Assembly: GCA_963756885.1 (NCBI GenBank)
Contig: CAVWPG010000011.1
Span: forward strand, 510,178-574,177
DNA: 64,000 nt
Source: an uncultured Bacteroidales bacterium
GTDB lineage: Bacteria; Bacteroidota; Bacteroidia; Bacteroidales; VadinHA17
Direction: 5' to 3'
Under the pieces are notes generated by a model, which saw only the letters and a program-made list of their open reading frames with translations, ran no database searches and was not told the DNA's origin. Below are positions 50,871 through 60,747 of this stretch, one piece after another. The position numbers and the translations under genes are program-made. The stretch's first letter is position 1. The number at the start of each line of letters is the position of its first letter.

Positions 50871-51233
50871 ATGACAGTAACACATTTAGGAAACTTTGAA
50901 GAAGTCATTTTACTTGTGACAGGAATTCTGGGAGAGGAAGCATATGCTTTTAGAATTGCAGCGGAAGTCAGGAACCAAACAGGCAGGGCATCATCAATCG
51001 GTGCAGTACACTCAACTCTTAACCGTTTGGAGAATAAAGGATTTTTAACCTCTCAATTTGGAAAACCTACTGTCGAAAGAGGTGGAAGGAGAAAGCGAGT
51101 TTACACTATTACCGCTTATGGACAACGCATGTTGGCTGAATCCCGTGATTTCAAATTATCCCTTTGGAAGCAATATCCTGATTTTATCACTGATAGTTTG
51201 ACATATGGGATATTAAATTTAAGAAGAATTTGA
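50871..51233 (+). CDS. PadR-family transcriptional regulator
   Basis: FEEVILLVTGILGEEAYAFRIAAEVRNQTGRASSIGAVHSTLNRLENKGFLTSQFG...GGRRKRVYTITAYGQ is a winged-helix PadR pattern. Confidence 0.85.
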   Translation: MTVTHLGNFEEVILLVTGILGEEAYAFRIAAEVRNQTGRASSIGAVHSTLNRLENKGFLTSQFGKPTVERGGRRKRVYTITAYGQRMLAESRDFKLSLWKQYPDFITDSLTYGILNLRRI

Positions 51234-53872
51234 GACCACTCAATCATAAACCACCCTGGTTGGCCAAAAAAGCTCTTCTTAGCTTTCTCAGGGATGATAT
51301 TAGCGAAGAAGTGGAGGGAGACCTGGAGGAGTTGTTCTATTCAGATCTCGAAAAGTTATCTCCTTTACGGGCTAAATTAAACTATTGGTACCAGGTATTA
51401 AACTACCTGAGACCTTTCGCTATCAGAAACATAAAAGGAATATTATCCAGTACATACTACACACCAATGTTAAAGCACAACTTAACTATTTCTTTCAGGA
51501 TTTTCAAGCGATATAAAATGTCATTCCTTATCAACCTGATCGGTCTTACGACCGGTCTTACCTGTGCCATCCTGATTTACCTGTGGGTACATGATGAACG
51601 TGAGGTCGATCACTATAATGAGAATAATGACAGGCTTTATGAGGTATTGCAAAATGTGGTATCACCTAATGGTATCCAGACAGGTACAGGCACGCCTGGA
51701 ATCCTGGCTGAAGCATTGGAAAAGGAAATGCCCGAAGTGCAGTATGCATCTTCGGTTGTCCCGGCTGAATGGTTTTCAGATAAGGGGGTCATCACTTTTA
51801 AAGATACTCGTCTCCGCGCCAGTGTCCAGTATGCCGATACTGACTTTTTCAAATTATTCACCTGTCCATTTATTTTTGGCGATAAGTCAAAGGCATTATT
51901 AAATAAAAACGACATCGCCATCAGCGAAAAGCTGGCCGACAGACTTTTTCAGACAGGGGAAGATGTCCTGGGGAAAATTGTTGAATGGAACGAGGGACAA
52001 ACTTCCGGATTATTCAAAATCACTGGTGTTTTTAAAGAGACACCGGCAAATGCAACCAATCATTATGACTTGCTTATCAACTACGATGTATTCCTCGACA
52101 GTCATACCTGGCTAAGGGAATGGGGTAATTCGGATCCCAGTACGTTTGTTCTGCTAAGGAAGAATGCAGACCCGAACCAGTTAAATTTAAAGATCCGTGA
52201 TTTTATAAAAACAAAGTATAAGGATTCCAATCAAAAACTGTTTTTGCAGAGATATTCCGACAGGTACCTTTATGGGCATTATGAGAATGGGAAGGTAGAA
52301 GGAGGAAGGATTGAATATGTGAGACTTTTTTCTATCGTAGCTATTATTATTCTGATCATAGCCTGCATTAATTTCATGAATCTTGCTACAGCAAGGGCTT
52401 CGAGAAGGTTAAAGGAAATCGGTGTTAAAAAAGCAATAGGTGCTGGCAGAAAAACACTTATTCTTCAATATTTTGAAGAATCATTGCTCCTTTCGGCAAT
52501 ATCAATGGCTATAGCGTTAATACTTGTTTTACTTATCCTTCCGGGATTTAACGGGTTTACTAGCAAAAATTTAAGCCTTAATATAACAAGTGTGCTGCCG
52601 GTATTAGTCGAAATTATACTGGTTACAGGAATTTTGGCAGGCAGCTACCCGGCTTTATACTTGTCAGGCTTTCGACCCATTGATGTGTTAAAAGGTAAAA
52701 TTCATGGAACAGTCAGCGAATTCTGGGCCCGCAGGGGCCTGGTAATTTTCCAGTTCGCAATGGCGGTGATCCTGATAGTGGCTGTTGTTATTATATACAA
52801 ACAGATCAATTATGTGCAGTCCAGGAACCTGGGCTATAACCGGGATAATATAATCCATTTTGAACTGGAATTGCAGCCTGATAACAACCCGGATTATTTC
52901 AATAATGGAGGTGCTCTCGAAAAACAGGTGGAAGCCTTTCTCAATGAAGCCAGAAATGTTCCCGGGGTATTGGATGCAGCTAATTATTATCATAACCTGA
53001 CCGGCGATCATGGCGGCATGGGAGGGATCGACTGGGAGCCTGGTGATGAAGATGGAAAAAATGCTTTCAACAACCTTGAAGTGGGCTATGATTTCATCCG
53101 CACGTTCGGGATAACCATAAAGGAAGGCAGGCCTTTTTCCAGGGAATACGCCAGCGATCCTTCGGCTGTTATTTTTAATGAGGCCGCCATTAAACTGATG
53201 GGGCTTAAGGACCCAGTGGGAAAAACCATCCGGGTATGGGGCCAGGAAAAGCATATCATTGGAGTTACCAGTGATTTTAATTATGAATCCTTGTATCAAA
53301 AAGTAAAACCTTGTATAATTCAACTGGTTCCACTAGGGTATAAAATAGCAGTAAGGATCAAAAACAAAAGTGAGCAGGAAACTATTACCGGGCTGACGAA
53401 GCTTTACCATGAATTCTATCCCGGACTGGCTTTCGACTACCGCTTTGTAGATGATGATTATCAGGCACTTTATGTATCCGAGAAAAGGATATCGGTGCTT
53501 GCCCGATATTTTTCATTATTGGCTATTATCATTTCATCCCTTGGTCTTTTTGGTCTTGCGGCCTTTACGGCTGAAAGAAGAGTAAAAGAGATCGGGATGC
53601 GGAAAATATTTGGCTCCGGAGAATGGAATATCATCTTCCTGCTGTCGGGAGATTTTACGTTTACGGTCCTGGCAGCTATTATTATTGGCTTGCCAATTAG
53701 TTATTTTGCAGTTTCTTCCTGGCTGGAAATCTTTGCATATAAAATTAAATTAGAATGGTGGTATTTTGCAGGGGCAGGGATTGTAACCCTGTTAATTGCC
53801 TGGTCGGCGGTAGGTATTCAAACCCTCAGGGCGTCAAGAATTGAGCTGGTACAATGCCTGAAGGATGAATAA
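51230..53872 (+). CDS. FtsX/MacB-like ABC-transporter permease with an N-terminal PadR-associated prefix domain
   Basis: The TTG start overlaps the PadR stop (TTGA). Two FtsX 4-TM modules flank large periplasmic MacB_PCD-like domains. It is a paralog of 60748-63141. Confidence 0.85.
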   Translation: MRPLNHKPPWLAKKALLSFLRDDISEEVEGDLEELFYSDLEKLSPLRAKLNYWYQVLNYLRPFAIRNIKGILSSTYYTPMLKHNLTISFRIFKRYKMSFLINLIGLTTGLTCAILIYLWVHDEREVDHYNENNDRLYEVLQNVVSPNGIQTGTGTPGILAEALEKEMPEVQYASSVVPAEWFSDKGVITFKDTRLRASVQYADTDFFKLFTCPFIFGDKSKALLNKNDIAISEKLADRLFQTGEDVLGKIVEWNEGQTSGLFKITGVFKETPANATNHYDLLINYDVFLDSHTWLREWGNSDPSTFVLLRKNADPNQLNLKIRDFIKTKYKDSNQKLFLQRYSDRYLYGHYENGKVEGGRIEYVRLFSIVAIIILIIACINFMNLATARASRRLKEIGVKKAIGAGRKTLILQYFEESLLLSAISMAIALILVLLILPGFNGFTSKNLSLNITSVLPVLVEIILVTGILAGSYPALYLSGFRPIDVLKGKIHGTVSEFWARRGLVIFQFAMAVILIVAVVIIYKQINYVQSRNLGYNRDNIIHFELELQPDNNPDYFNNGGALEKQVEAFLNEARNVPGVLDAANYYHNLTGDHGGMGGIDWEPGDEDGKNAFNNLEVGYDFIRTFGITIKEGRPFSREYASDPSAVIFNEAAIKLMGLKDPVGKTIRVWGQEKHIIGVTSDFNYESLYQKVKPCIIQLVPLGYKIAVRIKNKSEQETITGLTKLYHEFYPGLAFDYRFVDDDYQALYVSEKRISVLARYFSLLAIIISSLGLFGLAAFTAERRVKEIGMRKIFGSGEWNIIFLLSGDFTFTVLAAIIIGLPISYFAVSSWLEIFAYKIKLEWWYFAGAGIVTLLIAWSAVGIQTLRASRIELVQCLKDE

Positions 53873-54132
53873 TTTACTAAATCATAATCTGTAGAACATA
53901 ATTAATTACCACCCTTCCAGGCTGTCCAATAATTTTTGAGATGGTTCACTTCAGCTTTAACAACTCAGGAACCACTGAAAATCAACAGTGATAGTTCCAT
54001 CTTTCATGTCTGAAAAGATATTGGCAGATGGATCTTTCACATGGAATAAATTAAATTGCTTTTGTCTTTTTGCTGATGTAACTTTGATATTATTGATTCT
54101 GCAAATTATCTTTTTATCTAAATGATACTGCT

Positions 54133-55449
54133 ATGAATCACTCAATCAAAATCCTCGTAATTATTATCATTTTTATTAGTTCGACCCCTTTCTTTGATTC
54201 CTGTCAGAAAAAAGAGACTATTCCTGCTCTGACAACTGTAAGTGTTTCGGAAATAACCCAGATAAGTGCAGTTTCCGGAGGTAATGTGACAAGCGATGGA
54301 AGAGCTGAGGTGACTGTCCGTGGTGTATGCTGGGCAACTTCTCATAATCCGACAACCGGCTCAGACAAAACGGAGGATGGTACCGGCACTGGTCTATTCA
54401 CCAGTAATCTAACAGGATTGACGGTAAATACGACTTATTTTGTTCGTGCTTATGCTACCAATAACCAGGGGACAAGTTACGGCGATGAGGTTTCATTTGC
54501 AACAAGCCAAATAGCCCTTGTAACACTTACAACAGCTGAAGTAACCGGAATTACGCCTACAACTGCATTTTCAGGAGGATATATTACAGATGACGGAGGT
54601 GGAACAATTACTGCCAGTGGTGTCTGCTGGAGTACAGTGCAAAATCCGGCACTTGCCGATAATTTTACAACAGATGGATCAGAAATTGATGGTTATTCAA
54701 GCGCCATAACAGGCTTAATTGCAAATACAACTTATTATGTTCGGGCATATGCCACTAACGAGGCAGGTACTGCCTATGGGAACCAGCTGAGTTTTACGAC
54801 TACAGGAATCAGTGCAATTATTTTTAATTCTAATTTGACTTATGGAACTGTTTCAGATATTGACGGAAATGTCTATAAAACTATCCAGATTGGTACCCAG
54901 ACCTGGATGGCAGAAAACTTAAAAACTACTAAATGCAATGATGGTACATCTGTGCCTAATGTAACCGATTTAAATGAGTGGAATGCCCTTACATCTCCAG
55001 GATATTGCTGGTGCCTTAATGATGCTTCAACATATAAAGCTGTTTATGGGGCATTATATAATTGGTATGCAGCAGATGCAGGTAATTTATGTCCTTCAGG
55101 ATGGCATGTTCCGTCATATGATGAATGGAATACATTAGTAACCTACCTTGGTGGGGTTGACGTTGCCGGTGGTAAGTTAAAAGAAACCGGCACTACCCAT
55201 TGGAACAGCCCTAACGAAGGAGCAACAAATGAATCAGGCTTTACAGCTCTTCCGGGTTCAATGCGTGACATCGCTGCCGACTTTGCTTATGGTGATCAAA
55301 TTGGTATTTATGGTAATTGGTGGAGTTCAACCGTTGTTGATCCAGTAAATCGCTATGTATTAGGAATGACCAATTTTGTCGCTTCGGTTTCAGTTAACGG
55401 TACTTACTACGTTTCTGGTTATTCCGTTCGCTGTTTGAAGGATAATTGA
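54133..55449 (+). CDS. FISUMP-domain lipoprotein with two fibronectin-like N-terminal repeats
   Basis: Lipobox FFDSC. Repeated GG.V/ITSDG...GVCW...NTTYFVRAYATN..GT.YG. C-terminal part reads DIDGNVYKTIQIGTQTWMAENLK...ATNESGFTALPGS...GYSVRCLKDN. Confidence 0.75.
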   Translation: MNHSIKILVIIIIFISSTPFFDSCQKKETIPALTTVSVSEITQISAVSGGNVTSDGRAEVTVRGVCWATSHNPTTGSDKTEDGTGTGLFTSNLTGLTVNTTYFVRAYATNNQGTSYGDEVSFATSQIALVTLTTAEVTGITPTTAFSGGYITDDGGGTITASGVCWSTVQNPALADNFTTDGSEIDGYSSAITGLIANTTYYVRAYATNEAGTAYGNQLSFTTTGISAIIFNSNLTYGTVSDIDGNVYKTIQIGTQTWMAENLKTTKCNDGTSVPNVTDLNEWNALTSPGYCWCLNDASTYKAVYGALYNWYAADAGNLCPSGWHVPSYDEWNTLVTYLGGVDVAGGKLKETGTTHWNSPNEGATNESGFTALPGSMRDIAADFAYGDQIGIYGNWWSSTVVDPVNRYVLGMTNFVASVSVNGTYYVSGYSVRCLKDN

Positions 55450-56179
55450 TCAGTGGTCACGATAATTTATAACCTGTCCAAGGAATCAGCTCCGGGCTCT
55501 ATAATTGCCTCGGGATTAGGCTTTGGGTGGAACAACCAACGTCGTTGACCACTCTTCACCGGAATTAATTGACCATGAAAAGACTCCCGGTAGACCACCT
55601 CTATTTATTGTTTGATAAAACGTGGTTAGAGTCAAACCCAAGTGTAAGATCCGTGCTTCTCTGACCGCTTCGAAAATCGGTCTGCCTTCTCCGAACATTG
55701 AAAATAAAACAGCAAGGCCTCGTTACACAAAACTTATAAAAGAAAAGGTGTCAAACTATTGGCAGAAAAACTGGGAATGTTAATTCTACTATGAACAAAG
55801 TACTTACTTCAATGAAAAACAATAAAATCCATCAATGGTATGACATGCCAGATCCTCAAATCCAGCAAATGTTAGAGTGGTACAAATGCACAATGAAGTA
55901 TTTAATTTAACTGGATAACTAATATTCAAATTCAAGAACTCGAAAAGGTTATCAAAGCCTTCCTCAGCGATTATCAATATGAACGCAAACACTTATCTCT
56001 GGCCAAGTTTACTCGAACGGAGTTATAGTTGCGAACACGAAATGAAGAAAATGATCTTGGACAAAGACATTACCTTTTAAGCTCTTTCAGACATCTTACA
56101 CTAAAACCTCTCCTTGTGTCGCTAGGTAATGTTCCTAACGATTTGTAATTAATATAACGGTTAAAATAAATGATTCAAA

Positions 56180-57099
56180 TCAAACATATAACGCTCTTTC
56201 CAGAGACCTGACCATTTCCTTATGCTTTTTGGAATTTTCTTTCTTCAATCTTATAATATTCTGTAACTTCCAGTTAATAGCAGGGAGTTCTTTAGCGTTC
56301 CTGACTTTGAATTTTCCCCAATCAGGAATTCCTTCTTTAAAACTCATTAAGAGCAACCTGTCTTTTTCAGTAAGCTTTAAATGAATATCATTTACTAATT
56401 GTTCTCTGGTTCGTTCGAAATCCTCATAGGTAAATGGGATATCGACCATACCTGAAAACTGCGTTTTAAAAGCATGTCGTTGATCAAGATAAGTTGGCCG
56501 GATAACCTCATTGATTGGCCTCATATGCGACAGAAGTGCAATAAGAAATCCAACCTTTATATCCTCAGCAAGACCTTCGTTATCCAGAAGTAATCTTACA
56601 TCAAAAAGGTCACGCGGATGTTGCCGGTCTAACGCGGCGCACAATTTTCCACCGTATAATTCAGCAATAGGAACGACGTTAATAGCTGCAAATCTTCCAA
56701 AAGTCTCTTCTACAACTTTATGAAGCCTCATAAGACTTGGCTTATTCAAACTCCCTCGTGTTATTGTATTAACCTCAATTTTAATCTGGGCTCCAGGTAA
56801 CTGACAATTGATCTTAACATCCTGGCCTTATCGTGAAGCGGGCGTTACACTGATTCCGGGAATCGATTTTTCCAGGCAGCTTTAATCCGGCCTAATCCAT
56901 CAGAAATAGTTCTTAATGCCGTTTCTCTGTCATCTATAGGCAGATAAGTCAAATCAATATCAACAGATAACCTTGGCATATTTCGTATGAACAGGTTTAT
57001 TGCTGATCCTCCTTTAAGAGCAAATATTGTTTCTTTTGCAACAAATGGTATTGTCTGCAATAACAAATCGACTTGTGCTTTATACTTTGGATCGATCAT
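56180..57099 (-). pseudogene. AbiEii/AbiGii-family nucleotidyltransferase toxin (type IV TA), disrupted
   Basis: The N-terminal 84-aa ORF reads IFALKGGSAINLFIRNMPRLSVDIDLTY. The C-terminal 189-aa ORF reads AINVVPIAELYGGKLCAALDRQHPRDLFD. The connecting piece (INCQLPGAQIKIEVNTITRG) lies in a third frame behind a TAA. Confidence 0.75.
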
Positions 57100-57863
57100 A
57101 ATTGAGCTAATTCCCGGGGTACTGTAATCCGAAACTTCGGATCATAAACTCCATTCTTAACGACACTACGATCTCCCTGACCAAGATCAACAGACGACAC
57201 TTCAAGGAATTGAGCCCATTGATGATTTGCCTTATTTGACATATACAAGAATAGCCGCTTTACTTTTATGGAATTGCATCCTTCAAGGAGCTTTTGCAAT
57301 ATACCAGGCCTCAGATTAACTAATCCGGACATTATTTGATAAGTCTCCATCAGATCAAGATTCTCGGGAGTAAGATAGAGACATTCGAATATTGCTCTTT
57401 CAGTAGAAGCTATGGTTAGAGAGAATTGTTTCTCGTTATAATCATCCATTCCAACACCCTTGGGGAGAAATGATGTTCTGGTATGATTTATGGGTTCTCT
57501 CCAGGAGTACTTTTTAAACCATGCGGGTATTCTGGTTTTCAAGTCGGAGAAAAGATATATTGATTCTGCACCTGTACGAACATAATGGGAGAATCCTAAC
57601 ATCGATAAGGCTGTAAGCCCTCCGATATATAATGGAAGATTGGCTTGTTTCTGTAATGAATATAGTGCTCCCTGCCATGTAACCGTTTCGTTCGGGCGTT
57701 TGAATGCTCCAACTCCAACAGATTCCAGCCAGCCACTTTTTCTATATCGTTGTTGCAGGTCATAGGAAAAACCATTAGCTTTGAGCCACGAAGCAAGAAT
57801 TATTGTTCCCGGAAGATGTAAATCCAAGAGTTTCTTTAATTTTATTTCATTATTAGTACTCAC
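57096..57863 (-). CDS. AbiEi-family antitoxin/transcriptional regulator (type IV TA)
   Basis: The 255-aa ORF contains LLDLHLPGTIILASWLKANGFSYDLQQRYRKSGWLESVGVGAFKR. It overlaps the toxin start by 4 nt. Confidence 0.75.
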   Translation of the reverse strand: MSTNNEIKLKKLLDLHLPGTIILASWLKANGFSYDLQQRYRKSGWLESVGVGAFKRPNETVTWQGALYSLQKQANLPLYIGGLTALSMLGFSHYVRTGAESIYLFSDLKTRIPAWFKKYSWREPINHTRTSFLPKGVGMDDYNEKQFSLTIASTERAIFECLYLTPENLDLMETYQIMSGLVNLRPGILQKLLEGCNSIKVKRLFLYMSNKANHQWAQFLEVSSVDLGQGDRSVVKNGVYDPKFRITVPRELAQL

Positions 57864-58315
57864 AGTACAAATATCGTATTATTTTTAAAGGAAACGAATT
57901 AATAATCGTTTTTATAATATTGTGTAAAAGCCGGAAGGCTTGACCACATTTGGCCGGTCAATTTATCTTTTGACTAAATCGTTTGGCTACAAATGTTTAT
58001 CTCTGGTTTCAGATGGTCAATTTTCTCCGGCTGGAAGTGGTCAAGGGAACTGGCTTTTCCAAACATGATCATCTGCTGATAAAATCTTGGCACTAAACTT
58101 GCCCAACCAAAAAGATACCCACTAGAGGTATTGTAAGTGACTGATATTGAGAAATCCGTCCTTCTGAATATTCCGGACTATACTTCTGTGACCACTTCAA
58201 AAGACGGTCTGAAAACCTTTGACATACATAGCAAAAAAATAAGAATTTAATCCTTATCATTTACAGTCACCTTGCCCGTCAAGTCCAGACATGATACTCA
58301 ATTTGGGCTTGCCAA

Positions 58316-59389
58316 TTAATCACTTATTAGGTTGATAAACAGATCTTTTAATTGTGTAATTGATTGACCCCAGGTTTTAATTGGATAAGTAGGGTATTTG
58401 AAGGTACCATCGTCTGGGGGTATTTGGAAAATTTTACCTAAAAGCTCACGATACCTTGATTTGTATTGAATCTGTTCATCATTCTGTATTAACCATGCAT
58501 AGTTTAACTGTAGTGTGCCGTCTGTGAATACGGAAAGAAGTGATTTCGGGCTGATTTTGTTAAATATTGGATTGAATGATCCTCTTTTTATTCCACTACC
58601 CCAACTGATATTGTAGGCATGATCAACAAAAAAACTATATAGTTCTCTGATTTGGGACTCTTCCTTCTCTTTAAGATTATTATGCAGCTCATTAAAAAAG
58701 GACTCATAATCCCATTTTCTCCTGTTATTGGAACCCGAGAGTATATTAACATCTTTTTTTACTTCAGCTCCGAAGAGCTTGGGAATGGTTATTTCATAAT
58801 CTTCATACTTATAAAATTCAAGCTCGACGCCATAAAGGTCAAAACTCGAATTTCTGTTCAGAAATGATATCAAATCCTTCAACCTTTGTTCAATTCCATC
58901 CATAAGGACGACGAAGCGGAACTTCCCATCGAAGAGATTTTGATGGAACCTGTCTATTAGGACTTGGGAATCTTCTTTACTTAGCTCGAAGAACTGACTG
59001 AGTTTATCATTAAACGGCAACTTGAAATGTGCGAAAATCTTACCTTCGATAGCTTGTTTAAAATCCTCCAGGTGATCTGGATTTTCAGAAATCGATGCAC
59101 CGTAATCCAGTATTTGAGCAACAACCAATCGTTTGTCAGGATTTTTATAAAGTTTCGTTTCAATAATGTATACTTCGCCTCTTTCGTCTGTGCCAATAGC
59201 ATCTATTGGCCCACTTCTGGTAGGAACCTCCCTAGCTAAAATCAGCAACCTTATGTCCTCATCAATATCATATAAAGGAACAGTATCAGGATTCTCATGT
59301 ATGAAGTTCTGAAGATTGTCCTCATACGCAAAACTGGATTTTGAAATCCTGTGGGCTTCTTTACCATTTTTGGTTATAATGATTGCCAT
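58316..59389 (-). CDS. PD-(D/E)xK nuclease-like protein (NucS/DUF91-like N-terminal core) with extra C-terminal domains
   Basis: EDNLQNFIHENPD...LILAREVPTRSGPIDAIGTDERGEVYIIETKLYKNPDKRLVVAQILDY fits the D...E-x-K...Q-x-x-x-Y pattern of this nuclease fold. The remainder is unassigned. Confidence 0.5.
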   Translation of the reverse strand: MAIIITKNGKEAHRISKSSFAYEDNLQNFIHENPDTVPLYDIDEDIRLLILAREVPTRSGPIDAIGTDERGEVYIIETKLYKNPDKRLVVAQILDYGASISENPDHLEDFKQAIEGKIFAHFKLPFNDKLSQFFELSKEDSQVLIDRFHQNLFDGKFRFVVLMDGIEQRLKDLISFLNRNSSFDLYGVELEFYKYEDYEITIPKLFGAEVKKDVNILSGSNNRRKWDYESFFNELHNNLKEKEESQIRELYSFFVDHAYNISWGSGIKRGSFNPIFNKISPKSLLSVFTDGTLQLNYAWLIQNDEQIQYKSRYRELLGKIFQIPPDDGTFKYPTYPIKTWGQSITQLKDLFINLISD

Positions 59390-59751
59390 TGTTTTTTGGG
59401 TAAATTGTTAATAATCAAAGATAAGTATTAAAAATTATCTTTTCATTGATCACAAACCTCCTGTAACCTGAAACGAAGTATAAATCCGTCCTTCTTTGGC
59501 CACTTGAAAAAGGTCTGATTACACTTAACATACATTTATATATAAACAAAAATCATTTTAATCTGGATGTGAAATTCATGTTGTACAGGATTAAAAGGAC
59601 AAGATATGTTGCCCTAACAGTAAACCTTCCTGTTTACACCGATTTACTTGACTTTGGTTCTTCAGAGGTGTAACTTGCATAAAATTAAATTCTTTTCAAT
59701 AAGAAAACATCTTCTAGAATACTTCAATGGACTCTAAGGATTCTGTGCATT

Positions 59752-60096
59752 TTGGCTATTCTTTTTATAAGCTTATTTGCGTTGGATTCCTTTTCATCAG
59801 AACGCACATTTTGGCAAAATACAGGTGCTTTTCTGATGCATCTTATACCATCATTGGTTATGTTTGGCATACTTATGGTCGCTTGGAAATGGGAAAATAT
59901 TGGCGGTATTATACTTATAATTGTCGTGGTGGCTTTGTCTGTTTTCATTTTCAATCTTAATTACAATCAAAGACATTTTACACTGTGGCAAAGTATCATG
60001 AATGTTTCAATACTTTGTTTACCTTTTGTTATTGCGGGAATATTGTTTATTATTAGCCACCATGCAAATAAGAAAGAACTTACTGGTGTTAAATAA
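59752..60096 (+). CDS. Small polytopic membrane protein, unknown function
   Basis: 114 aa with four hydrophobic segments. It overlaps two alternative short ORFs that look less protein-like. Confidence 0.4.
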   Translation: MAILFISLFALDSFSSERTFWQNTGAFLMHLIPSLVMFGILMVAWKWENIGGIILIIVVVALSVFIFNLNYNQRHFTLWQSIMNVSILCLPFVIAGILFIISHHANKKELTGVK

Positions 60097-60286
60097 CCGT
60101 TTCCCCACACTTCAGAACGCATCTCATGTAGCTTAAACGACGTGTAAAATCCTTCATTCTTTGACCACTATAAGGCTGTCTGACAATTTTTTAACATGCA
60201 TGAGTAAACAACAATCATTTAATTTTAAAACAGGAAAATCTCAAGTTGGTTTAAATTAAAACGAACCTTCAAAGAATAACCCTTGT

Positions 60287-60323
60287 AAAAAAAAGGTTTT
60301 AAAGGTCAGCACTTCTGGCCTTT
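60287..60323 (-). terminator. Probable rho-independent terminator of the 60342-60728 gene
   Basis: 9-bp stem AAAGGCCAG/CTGACCTTT (one G-U pair). On the minus strand it is followed, after 6 nt, by T8. Confidence 0.4.
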
Positions 60324-60341
60324 GCATATAGATTAAATTGC

Positions 60342-60728
60342 TTAGGGTTTCCAGGTATTGTCCCCGGGCATTTTTAAATATTTATCAAATTGGCTACCCG
60401 TAAGGATTTTTTTTAAGGTTTCGTTGAATGCTTCCTTATTAATCTTTAATTGCTCAAGCTTCTCTGGCTCCTCCGCCACACCCATTTTTATTTCGTCAAG
60501 AGATTTGGTATTGGCCAGATAGGCATCATAAACTTTCTTGGAAGTGCTATCATTTAAGCCAAGTTCTTTTTTCAATCGATTGGTAAATTCCTGAGCGCGT
60601 GGTATAGCATCATTTACAGAATGCCATTCATTTCCTGATTTCTTTGGTTTTGTATCAGGCTCCCTGGTTTGGGCTGATATGTAGAGGCTGACCAAAATTA
60701 AGACTGAGAGTAAGATGCATTTTTTCAT
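60342..60728 (-). CDS. Small secreted helical protein encoded directly downstream of the FtsX permease
   Basis: Start moved to MKKCILLSVLILVSLYISAQ (signal peptide). The rest is a Lys/Glu-rich helical sequence. Confidence 0.5.
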   Translation of the reverse strand: MKKCILLSVLILVSLYISAQTREPDTKPKKSGNEWHSVNDAIPRAQEFTNRLKKELGLNDSTSKKVYDAYLANTKSLDEIKMGVAEEPEKLEQLKINKEAFNETLKKILTGSQFDKYLKMPGDNTWKP

Positions 60729-60747
60729 ATCGCAGTAATTTAAGTTA

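Noticed and set aside
55516-55698. 60-aa minus-strand ORF in the region between the FISUMP gene and the AbiE module.
   Set aside because: It has no motif and lies in a stretch that looks like mobile-element debris. It was not called as a gene.
58151-60201. The 60-nt repeats bracketing single genes might be integron attC sites.
   Set aside because: I could not find the paired RYYYAAC ... GTTRRRY core sites with internal complementarity. Only one copy has an ACTTAAC-like end, no IntI integrase is in the window, and one bracketed gene is on the opposite strand. They are kept as an unexplained repeat family instead.
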